Assembly (NCBI GenBank): GCA_000934665.2
Contig: KZ538386.1
Span: 57,402-77,401 of the forward strand
Direction: 5' to 3'
Length of the DNA stretch: 20,000 nucleotides
DNA from: Catajapyx aquilonaris
Taxonomy: Eukaryota
Every line of letters begins with the position of its first letter. The stretch's first letter is position 1. Shown piece by piece: positions 10,988 to 20,000 of the stretch. The notes under the pieces are model-generated. The model was given only the letters and a program-made list of their open reading frames with translations, was not told the origin of the DNA and did no database searches. The position numbers were made by a program, and so were the translations under genes.

Positions 10988-11705
10988 AATATTAAAATCT
11001 GTCGTTGTATGACCGACGCTTCCGATTGGCCTCCGTTCTGCTCCTGCGCAATGAGAGGAGGCAGCGCCTCTGGTGGATGGAAGGAGGAACTAGTTTAAAA
11101 TCTCAACTAGACTTTTAAAAATATTAGGGACTAGTTACACGCATGCGCGGAACTCTAATACTAATTACAGGTATTTCATCCTAAGTTTCTTCACAGATTT
11201 GCAAATCTGCCCACTTTTTTCCTCTCCAAAAGTGCGTCACAAGTGAGGGCACATGCATGGCTCAAAATGACGGTGATGCCATAAATATAAGTATTTTCTG
11301 GCACCTTGCATGAGTAGCTCGCCTTTGTTGGAGGTAAATACCATCCGGAAGTTCGCTCGGATGAAAGTAGGTGACAGGTTTCACCTGGCTTATTTAGAGG
11401 TTTCTTATTCTATCGACGTCAGAAGCGATGAGGCAACGTCCTTAAAACATGTCCCATTTAAACCTACATGATGGGCCCAGCTAATTTTCTTTTGTTTTTT
11501 TTCATTTTTTTCAGGCATGGCGAAGGTATAACGTCTATTCTCAACAGAGGACATTCCTATTGTGTTCCTTGGATTACTTACCTGCAGGATGTGTGTCCAA
11601 AAGTGCCAAAAACTTAATTGGAAAAGCTGGATAGATATAGGTGTGCGAGGTTCTTCCCTTGTCTGTGCAAATATTGACTTTGCACTTATCTGAAACTGTT
11701 CACCA

Positions 11706-11733
11706 TCCCCCCTCCCTCCCTCCCTCCCTCCCT
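11706..11733. repeat. (CCCT)n short tandem repeat
   Basis: Directly visible CCTCCCTCCCTCCCTCCCTCCCTC. Confidence 0.85.
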
Positions 11734-12307
11734 CGCCTCATTTGCATACGGTATATGGAAGATGTCGATCTCAGCAGCCATTATTCATCGCCAAATCATG
11801 CCTTCAAGGGGGCTGTGGGAGGTCACAACCTCCGTACAATGCATGTACTCATCCACCTATATGACCGACATTTGCTACTTCGATTGCTTCATTACCTGTA
11901 AAAATCAATAGACATCCCCCTATAATTTTTTGTGTTTTTTGAAAAATGCATTACCTGATTCCCCATCAGCATGAAATTTCAAAATAAATTTCTGTCAATT
12001 TGAGGTCAAAAAGTGGTGTTCAACACACATCCCATAAAAAAAAAAAAAAAGCGTTACTCATTTTGTGGCATTTTGCCCTCTGCCAACATTCCCTCGCTTT
12101 AATGATATTTGGCCTCCTCCTCAATTCAATGTACAAAACGACATGCATCATACATAAAACATTCCTCGCATTATGTATGAAGCAAATAACTCTTCTCTGT
12201 ACTTTTAGATAGTACCCACCGTTTCCTTCGCAACCGCATCAACATACGATCAAAACTCAATCGATGAACCGGTATAACAATGCTTCATATAATATACAGT
12301 ACGGTAT

Positions 12308-12361
12308 TTTTTTTAACATTTTAAAAATTTTTAATACCCCGTTCTCCGACCTTGGATCGTT
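12308..12361 (-). mobile_element. Severely 5'-truncated retrocopy (SINE/LINE 3' tail only) with a 20-bp TSD
   Basis: Flanked by TATAATATACAGTACG(G/A)TAT at 12288-12307 and 12362-12381 (19/20 identical). The minus-strand insert reads AACGATCCAAGGTCGGAGAACGGGGTATTAAAAATTTTTAAAATGTTAAAAAAA and shares AACGGGGTAT plus an AT-rich tail with the SINE tail at 13353-13362. Confidence 0.75.
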
Positions 12362-12840
12362 TATAATATACAGTACGATATGTTATTCCATACGTTTGAA
12401 AAATATTCGGAGAAATTTGAGCACCCGATGCGATAGTCACTGAATGTCATTCGTGCATGTTTTTTTACCACTTTTGAAACGGAGTAGGACCTATAAAAGT
12501 GCTTTTTATCCGTCATCATATCCTGCTAAGCCGCGTACAGTATTTCATCGTGATGACTACAGGGGACATTCACCGGCATTTCGATTTACGTCAGCACAAG
12601 TGGAGGCGGATCCATAATGTATATGAATAAAGTATGACCCCGCGGCGGCCATTTTCAGTCAAAGAGCGTGTGGAGTATACGTGGCGGTAAAAAAAAACAT
12701 TCCGGAGACGAATAACACGCAGTAATTTAATTAAGTAATGTTTCTTTTCAGTTTGTTTAAGAACTTACTCCCATGTCTGGTATATGTTGATTAAACTGAT
12801 GGAATATATGATGCCGGTATATTAATCGTGACCCGGAATA

Positions 12841-13060
12841 CAAGGTGTTTCAAGTATCAGGGTCGTTTTTAGTTATCGCTATAATAGCCCAAAGCAGTTA
12901 TTTTTTTGTGTAGCTTGTAGCCCCGGTCCAGGTGCTCAGTTATTCTCAGGTGGTCATACATAAGTAGAAGTTGATATATAATAGGGCATAATCGGGGCTT
13001 AACAAGCTTAGAGCTAAAATTTTCCTATAACTATAAAGCGACCCGATTTGAAACACCCTG
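12841..13060. mobile_element. Tc1/mariner-derived MITE, 220 bp
   Basis: The left end CAAGGTGTTTCAAGTATCAGGGTCGTTTTTAGTTAT matches the reverse complement of the right end, CAGGGTGTTTCAAATCGGGTCGCTTTATAGTTAT. TA is duplicated at 12839-12840 and 13061-13062. A CAGGGTG start is typical of Tc1/mariner TIRs, and the element has no coding capacity. Confidence 0.9.
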
Positions 13061-13126
13061 TATATGTTGTAGAGGACACTGACCTACTGCAGCAAAAATG
13101 TAACGTATTGTTATAATAATTTTAAT

Positions 13127-13370
13127 ACCGAAAATCGGGAGGTCCTGGGATCAAATCCTTTGGGGCCGGCAACTCTGACCGTGGTTTTCTGCGGTTTCCC
13201 ACGGACCTTCCAGGAAAATTCCGGAGTTGTTTCCGTAATTAATAGGCCACAGCCGCTTTCTTCCGTCCCTATCCCAAAGAGCACAGTAAAATGAAAGCAA
13301 AGAGTTCCAGGCAAAACAAACGTCCCCCCTAAAGAGCCGAAAAATGGCTGATAACGGGGTATGAATTATA
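13127..13370 (+). mobile_element. tRNA-derived SINE, family A copy 2, with a largely deleted head
   Basis: Starts ACCGAA-AATCGGGAGGTCCTGGG and has a mutated B box GGATCAAATCC at 13148-13158. The body aligns with 10710-10855 and the tail is CCCCCCTAAAG...GGGGTATGAATTATA. The left TSD ATAATAATTTTAAT at 13113-13126 is repeated at 13718-13731. Confidence 0.88.
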
Positions 13371-13381
13371 ATAATAATTTT

Positions 13382-13717
13382 GGGGGAGGCACGGTGGCCG
13401 AGATGGTAACGTCTCGGCTTGCTATGCGAAAGGTCCCGGGTTCAAATCCCCGCCCGGGAACAAACCTTTCGCTTGCGTCAATGGGTCGTGACCCGCGCCT
13501 AAGGAGGCGTCTTGTGCAACCTGACCTCCTGGGGGACTGCACCTGGCCCACCGCTGGACAATGCACCTGCACTTGTGTCCCCTCCCCAAATCCCCTCCCT
13601 TACCCAATTTCCTAGTATTCCTTGCACCGGTGTCTGAAGAAAAATAATAATTAGAAAACTGTATGGTGGTCTGCCACCCCCCTAAAGCGGCCTAGGGTTG
13701 CCGGGGTATGAATTATA
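13382..13717 (+). mobile_element. Apparently full-length tRNA-derived SINE, family B, inserted into the 3' TSD of the preceding SINE
   Basis: A box TGGCCGAGATGG at 13395-13406 and B box GGTTCAAATCC at 13439-13449 with tRNA-like spacing, but no acceptor stem. The body differs from family A. The tail is CCACCCCCCTAAAG...GGGGTATGAATTATAATAATAAT, and the TSD ATAATAATTTT occurs at 13371-13381 and 13718-13728. Confidence 0.9.
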
Positions 13718-14119
13718 ATAATAATTTTAATGCCACATGTCATATATGAACACTTTCTGTATTATTTTTTAAAGAAAAATCATTGTAAATAAAAACGCCA
13801 CATTTAAACAGTGTGGAATCTGATTTCTCATTGGATGAGTAGCCCCCATCAAACAGTGCTTATAAGGACATCCACAAAAGCCCGTTATAAAGCCCCGGTT
13901 TGCAACAATTTGCATTCCTCCCATCCGTTTATATAACTCATCAAAATGTGATTGGAAAACCCCCAACTTGTCACAAGTTACGTCATCCCTCTCTGCATCG
14001 ACAAACCTTAATAATTAATCTGCCCATAAAAGCATGACCACCCAACAAAAGACGTTATGTAAATCCCTTACCCAAGTGACAAAAACTCCACAAAAACTGC
14101 CCCAAAATGGCCTTTTCTC

Positions 14120-14182
14120 CTGCGCCCTCTACCATCACCCCCATTTCATCCAAACTTCTACAACACCCAACAGATGGCACTA
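14120..14182. promoter_or_regulatory. Pair of divergently oriented CTCF-like motifs (candidate)
   Basis: Minus strand ATGGTAGAGGGCGCAG (14120-14135) and plus strand CCAACAGATGGCACTA (14167-14182), compared with the consensus CCASYAGRKGGCRS. Motif match only. Confidence 0.3.
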
Positions 14183-14648
14183 AACCCATACCAACCAGGA
14201 ATATTCGGAATCGAGATTATCACAATGTACTTTAAAAGGTACTGATATTTAAATAGTAAGTATAATATTTTTAGATGTTACTACCAATTTTGGGTATAAC
14301 TTATTGTGGGAATAGCTATTTTTTGGGGTTGTTATTGAGTGGGTTTGGTTCCGAGGTAGCCCCTTTGGAGTGTGTGCGATGTGGAGTATCCTCCATTCCT
14401 CAGTCGAACGAAAGCTACGTGTTGCGTTACACTGCTCGGTCCCCTTCTACCTAGTGTGTGGGTAGGGGAAACGCCATGGTGGAATAGCCCGAGCCTGGGG
14501 GACTCTTTCCCCCTGATTTCTGTGGTGTCCAGCCGCCTTGTTAGACCCGCGGGGGGAACGGGGGGGAAGGGGGGAACCTCGAAATTTTTAAAACACTAAA
14601 AAAAGTTTACGATTGTAAAAAGTTAGAGGAACGAATTTCGGGAAAATC

Positions 14649-14661
14649 CAAGATGGCGGCG
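14649..14661 (+). promoter_or_regulatory. YY1/Pho-type motif CAAGATGGCGGC (candidate)
   Basis: Exact match to the extended YY1 consensus, in a GC-rich patch. There is no evidence of function, and such motifs also occur in transposon subterminal regions. Confidence 0.3.
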
Positions 14662-17058
14662 CCGGACTGTTAAGTTTTTGTTCTGGAACAATATTTCGAC
14701 TCGGCTTCTTTTTTTCGTCCCATTTTTTTTTTTTTTTTTTTTTGAAAGGGTCGATCCCTGGGGGGTGGTGGATTTTACATGGCAACGGGACGTACCGGAC
14801 AGCATGAGGCGAGGTGGTGAGGAGGACACCGTGTGGGAAAGGTAAGAGTGACTTGCATTGTGCAGGAACATTTTCGCCTAAGCCTACTGGTTGTGTATAT
14901 GGTGAAATAGCTTAAATAGTGCCTCCCTATAAGTGTTTTTTCTTCCACACACTGATGACATCATTATCCATGAACTCTTAGGAATGTTTTTATGTACGGA
15001 CGTGTGTCATTCCAGTATGTCCATCGGCCCTATTCAGATTTCATCCTTATCTACAGAAGCACGCTTATGAGCAGCTGCACAGCATGAGCCAGCTTAAACA
15101 GCTCACGTTACGTGCAATGAGGTTGCCTAGCGTGGAAGGGGCTCAAACTTCCTCGTTGAACCGATAAGGAAGACAAACATCACAAGAAAGGCTAGTGGCT
15201 TATAAACAGTCGTTACCGTTGAATTTGTTGTGTATAAAACATGCCCAAGTCCGGCAGGAATTATATTGTGTCATATGTTGCCATCTGCAAGAAAACAACG
15301 TCGCGCCCTGACGCCTGTTTGTCTCGAGGCTTTTTGCATATGACCGTGTCTGGTTAGTGAAAGGGGCCACCCTTAAGGTATTGTGAATATCCGAATATAA
15401 TTAGAAGGGCTCGAGAGAATCATTCTTTCGAGCCATTCATTTAAATAGTATTACAATGTTCTGTAGTTACCTGCCACTTACACTTACGCAGTAGTGAAGT
15501 TGGGTAAAATCGTATTAATTATGCAGCCTAAAAGCTAGACTTGCGTGTGTGCATTTTGTAGCTGTGTGTTTATTTTAGAATTCCAGTGAGAGAAAGTGGA
15601 GGAATGGATATCCTATATTTTGTGTTATGTGGATGTCAGATTATGAGAGAGGAAGCGGGTATGAGCGGATTTTACGATTATAATTCAGTCACTAGGAATG
15701 TTCAAGCACGTAGGCCTCAAGAAGAAAAAAAAAACAGGCTTTTGACGTCATAAACAGCGTGCATAGGAGCATTCACATACCCGGCAGTCTCCTAAGATAT
15801 TACATATTTTCAGTGGAATTTGTTGTTTGTGTGTTGCACGAAATATGTTTTTTTACGTGTTATGCCTGGCGTATTGGATTTGAAAAATATACTTCATTTT
15901 GCAACGTAGGCCGTACATTATGTAAAAGAGTGTTAGGTATTCCGTGGACAATGAAATTATCACGATATAAATACAGCACATATGTGGAGGCCAGTGGTAG
16001 CCTAACCTTTCTAAAGTAGGTCTATCAAAAAGGCTATATGATATATATTTTTAAAACATTGTGAGTGGAATTGTCTTTTGTTATGCGGAGTAGGCCCTAC
16101 ATGTGCGCAGAATATTAGTAATAACTAACTTCAGGACTATGTGGAAGAATTAAGGAAAAATTTGTCATATCAGGATTTTTTTTTGACGATTATGGAATCA
16201 GCTGCAGAAGAAGAGAGAAAATGTTCCGGTTTTCGCTATTGATCTCCAGGCTGCGGCCAATTTAGAAGGGTTGTTGCTTTGATAAAACTGTTGTGAGGTC
16301 ATGTGTCATGACTGAAACGTAAAATTTTGACCTCAACTGCAGTCCTTTCAAACTTAAAAAAAAAAATCATCCTCAATTTGCACGAATGGCTCGCATTGTA
16401 CATTTGTACAAGTACATAACAGCGTACTTATCATTTCAATGTGCACGGTACCTACGTCATTTCTTTACGAAATGAATATTCCCATATTCCAAGCAACATG
16501 CAACTGAGTGAAAACGGTAGGTACATTTTGCAACATGTCTATATTGAGCGATGTGGCACGTTGGGAGTGATTATGTGACTCCCACTGGGTTTTAAGATGA
16601 AAGGGTTGCCTCAACTTGTAGCATCGCTTCAATTAGTCACAGGGACTGATGAAAAATTAATGCGGTGGACGATACTACCGGGGGTGCAAGGAAGTTGGAC
16701 TCGATCCATAAGGAAGGCCTTAAGCATAAGGAAAACACTGTATGCGATTTAGCCCAGGTAGCGCAATTAGCAAAAGTGTCACGTGATGGGGGGGGGGGCG
16801 ACCAAATTGCGGATCAATGCTCAGTACATAGTTTTTTTGTTTTTTTGTTTTGAAACAATTGCACACATGTGGTTGTGCCAGAAGAAATATGGACATGACG
16901 AGGAAGTTTTGCGTCAGGCCACGTAAAGCAATTTGCAGGCCGTGTTAGGGAAGGGCGTTGCACAATTTATACAACATTTTACCGTGACTTCGTGTGTGTG
17001 TGCAGCTATGTACAGTCGCGAGCATAAAGATGTGGACGGTAGACCAGAGCTCTTCCTC

Positions 17059-17247
17059 TGAAAAAAATAAAAAACAAACCATAAAAATGAAATAAATATA
17101 TAGAATAATAAAAATAAAATGAATCAAAAAATAATAATAAAATGAACCATAAAAAATAATAAAATGAATCATAATAAAATAAAATATCGGTATATCGTAA
17201 TAAATAAAAATACGGTAAATAAAAATAAAATAAAAATATTATATATA
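17059..17247. repeat. A-rich low-complexity tract of degenerate AAAAT/AATAA units
   Basis: Directly visible run of AAAATAAAAT-like units. Confidence 0.85.
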
Positions 17248-18057
17248 AGGGAAAGTTTGTCTGTTTGCCCCCATTCCCCTTCCCCCTACCGCCCTTTCTC
17301 CCTGCACTTTTTTTTAATAAACAAGATAAACCCTCGCTACGCTCGCATTTTTATATGGCGCAGGCGTAGAAAACCACTCGCTTCACTCCCTTTTTTATAG
17401 GCCTGCGGCCTGAAGTGAACAATAATTTTAATCCCTTCTGACTTATAGCCAGAGATGATGCCCATCCCCCAATCATATGCATAACCCCCCACCCCCACAT
17501 GTTCCTACGTGGATTCACATATCCGTTATTCCCTACCCTGCGACCCACCTTTGCCAATCCAACGCTTTGAATTGGCTGGGAAGTATGCATTTGCGTACCT
17601 CAACATATCCATATCTTTTGAATTTTTAACCCTAATTAATAAAAATGAACGAAAATTCACAACCCCTACAGCTTCTACTAGCACATGTATCCACATTATA
17701 TGCACACTTTCCGACCACCTTGTTCTAACTGCTCGTAACTCCCCTTCATTATAAACTTCCATGGAACTCTGCAGTGTTTGTATTAGATGATCAAAAACTG
17801 GTTTCATTCTTCCCGACCCTTTCTCTTGACGTTCTCGACCACGGTGTTCTTGACCTACCCCCGGGTTCAGTGTTGAATATCGCGCCCAATCCTGCTTACC
17901 AACTCTTCCCGCGGGGGTGCAAGTAAGGACCTCGTTTTAAAAAAATTGAAATTATTTTGCTTTGTTTATAAACGTCCATGGAGTTGGCACCACTGATAAA
18001 CAACATCCTGACTGTAGTATGTTCGGTTTGTTTACGGCGTTCCATTCCTCCCTCCGC

Positions 18058-18319
18058 CAGGGTCCCCTACATGGTTGCCTCCCCCACCCTAACCAGGGTA
18101 TTGTCTTCACGTAGTCCTTATGCAATCTAGCTCCAATATGGCCGCCCCATGCTGCAGGATAGGGAATTGGCAAGCGATTCGTTTTTGTTTTTTTCAATTG
18201 TTTTTTTTCACTGCATGTAGCTCCTATGTGAATTAGCTCCAATATGGCGGAGAGACAATACCCTGTCCACGGAGTAGTGCCCTGTCTAGGTGGGGGAGGC
18301 ACTCATGTAGGTGACCCTG
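18058..18319. mobile_element. hAT-superfamily MITE, 262 bp, with an 8-bp TSD
   Basis: About 45-bp imperfect terminal inverted repeats: left CAGGGTCCCCTACATGGTTGCCTCCCCCACCCTAACCAGGGTATTG versus the reverse complement of the right end, CAGGGTCACCTACATGAGTGCCTCCCCCACCTAGACAGGGCACTA. A perfect 8-bp direct repeat CCCTCCGC lies at 18050-18057 and 18320-18327. A CAGGG start with an 8-bp TSD is the hAT signature. Confidence 0.9.
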
Positions 18320-20000
18320 CCCTCCGCTACTCCCCTGTTGTGAGGTCACTGTGACGACATGGGTGGAAGGGTAGAGGGGTGTTCACGGGAGAGATGTGTC
18401 CTCGTCGATGTCCAGTAAGCGACTGGGGCGTTCTTCCACCCATTGCGCATGCTCGGAACGGGGGCCAATTGGAGGCGTCATGGTAACAATACGTCCAGGT
18501 AACAATGAACTTGGACAAATCGGAAGGTGGCGGAAACAATATGCGGGGGACCAATCAAGAGGGCATAACCAAAGTTCGAAGCGTTTTAATATTATACGTA
18601 GATTACGAACGAGTCAATCTGGACTAAACGTATGAGTCACCTGGGGCTATCCATGGATCAGGTGAGGATGACTGCACGGATAGCCCCATGCTAGGCATGT
18701 GACTGGAGCCGGATTAGAGGGACTTTTCCAATAATGTGGGACATGAACTCACCTGGCATGCACGGGTGACCGTGACATGCGGCGCGTTGTATGACTATTA
18801 AAAGCAAGTGGGGTAATCAGCAATTCAGTGCGTTCACCTTGAATTGTACTGGGTTCGATATATTTTAATTCGGATGAGGGTAGGGTATAATATTAGCTGT
18901 ACAGCACTGTGCAGTGAAGTGCAGGCAAGTTTAGTCGTTTGCATAATACAAGGACGAGTGCAGTTGCCTGTCAAAAGTTATTTTAGAAGGAGCTGAAAAG
19001 GTGTGCCTGTATGTACTGGCCAGGTAACATTGAGCAGGAGAAAGGCTTCTTCAAAGGAATTGTTTGCAAATTCCCCCCCCCCCNCCCCCCCGCCATTCTC
19101 CCAATATGTCACCGGGGTGCGGAGGAGAATAATGTCAGGGCTTACGGATTATATATATTTTTGGAAATAACATTTTTGGAAGGCTACAATAGAGGGATTA
19201 GGTTTGGAAAGCTGGGGAAAGAAAGGAAATTCAAAGCCGGAAGTGCACTACTAAGTTATTACTCATTGTTCACCATTTTCTTTCCACACAGCAAGAGGAT
19301 TTTTTTAAAAATATGGCTGGGACCAGAAGTGTTGCCTGTGCGTTATTCAAGAGAGGGGGTGGGGTGGGGTGATTATTATTAATTTCATCTCTTTCATGGC
19401 CCCGCCGTTATTTGCATAGTAATGTGAATTTAGTGGCCGAGTATTGACTTTGCAATTACTGCGCCATATTCGGAACGCGAACTGTACTTAGGGAGGGGGG
19501 GGGGGAGAGCAAAAACTTCGGGGGGTGTTGGTTTACCTAGTTGCACTTTGATACATTTCTTCCACATGATTTCCTTTTTGATACCTTTCGCGTAAAGTCA
19601 GCACTGGCATTGGGCCAACCTGGTATTTATAACTACTATCAGTGGCACTTTTTCTGGCGATAGTATCGACCCGGCTGGTGGAGGGAGCTGCTGGCTAGTC
19701 CCCTGACCCTTCAAACGGGTTCCATATGTCCCTTTTAATCGATACCATCCGGTGATTGATGCACCCTGTCTAGGTGATCGATAACTTTTGACACCCTTAC
19801 AACCGTTACTATTTCCGTGTATTTTTTATTTTAAAGAACCAATCGTCCCAACCGTGGTTCCAACCGTTTGTGCTTGGACCCAGTGTAGCCAACCCGTGGG
19901 TCAGTGGCCCTACCGAAAAACCTTCTTCTTCTTGGCCCAAACTTAACGATCGGTCAGAATAAAAAGAAACCGAGTTTCTTGTAGGAGAAGGGAGGGGGGG

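Noticed and set aside
11061..11076. CTCF-like CCACCAGAGGCGCTG on the minus strand
   Set aside because: It is one base short in the core (AGAGGCG rather than AGAGGGCG), which breaks the motif register.
13382..13460. Possible tRNA gene
   Set aside because: It has A and B boxes but no acceptor stem or proper cloverleaf, and it continues into a SINE body and tail with a TSD.
13630..13676. CTGAAGA...GAAA hammerhead-like core inside SINE B
   Set aside because: Stems I and II cannot form.
14420..14476. Hairpin with GAAAC and ACACTGC..CGGTCCC, superficially like a hammerhead or twister ribozyme
   Set aside because: It lacks the CUGANGA core and stem I for a hammerhead, and lacks the downstream conserved segments and pseudoknots for a twister.
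17526..17807. 93-aa minus-strand ORF (frame stays open further upstream), and ORFs at 9089-9636, 17952-18635 and 19011-19382
   Set aside because: I recognise no homology. Several run through G/C homopolymers or the hAT MITE, which is consistent with chance ORFs.
1..20000. Prokaryotic systems (CRISPR array, operons, rRNA, defence islands)
   Set aside because: There are no regularly spaced repeat-spacer units, no gene-dense ORF structure and no rRNA signatures. SINEs, MITEs and microsatellites indicate metazoan non-coding DNA.

Overview
This window is AT-rich, repeat-dense eukaryotic DNA, most likely intergenic or intronic sequence from an insect. That taxon call is an inference from a Bmmar1/maT-type transposase relic and from tRNA-derived SINE bodies resembling those I recall from cockroaches, termites and orthopterans. 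I found no intact protein-coding gene, and the supplied ORFs look spurious. Well-supported features are a decayed maT (DD37D-type Tc1/mariner) transposon at 284-1230, a Tc1/mariner MITE at 12841-13060 (TA TSD), a hAT-type MITE at 18058-18319 (8-bp TSD), three tRNA-derived SINE copies and one 54-nt retrocopy stub (each with a visible TSD), (TAA)n microsatellites, and a 23-bp perfect palindrome between 7-bp direct repeats. The most interesting pattern is that four TSD-flanked retro-insertions, including two different SINE head/body types, end in one shared GGGGTA + AT-rich 3' tail, and one SINE is nested in the TSD of another. This suggests a single partner LINE with an AT-rich or (TAA)n target preference. 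Weaker signals are a possible piggyBac transposase relic (about 4108-4850), a degenerate hammerhead-ribozyme-like fold (67-138), candidate splice signals and CTCF/YY1-like motifs. All family assignments come from manual reading and recalled consensus motifs, not database searches.
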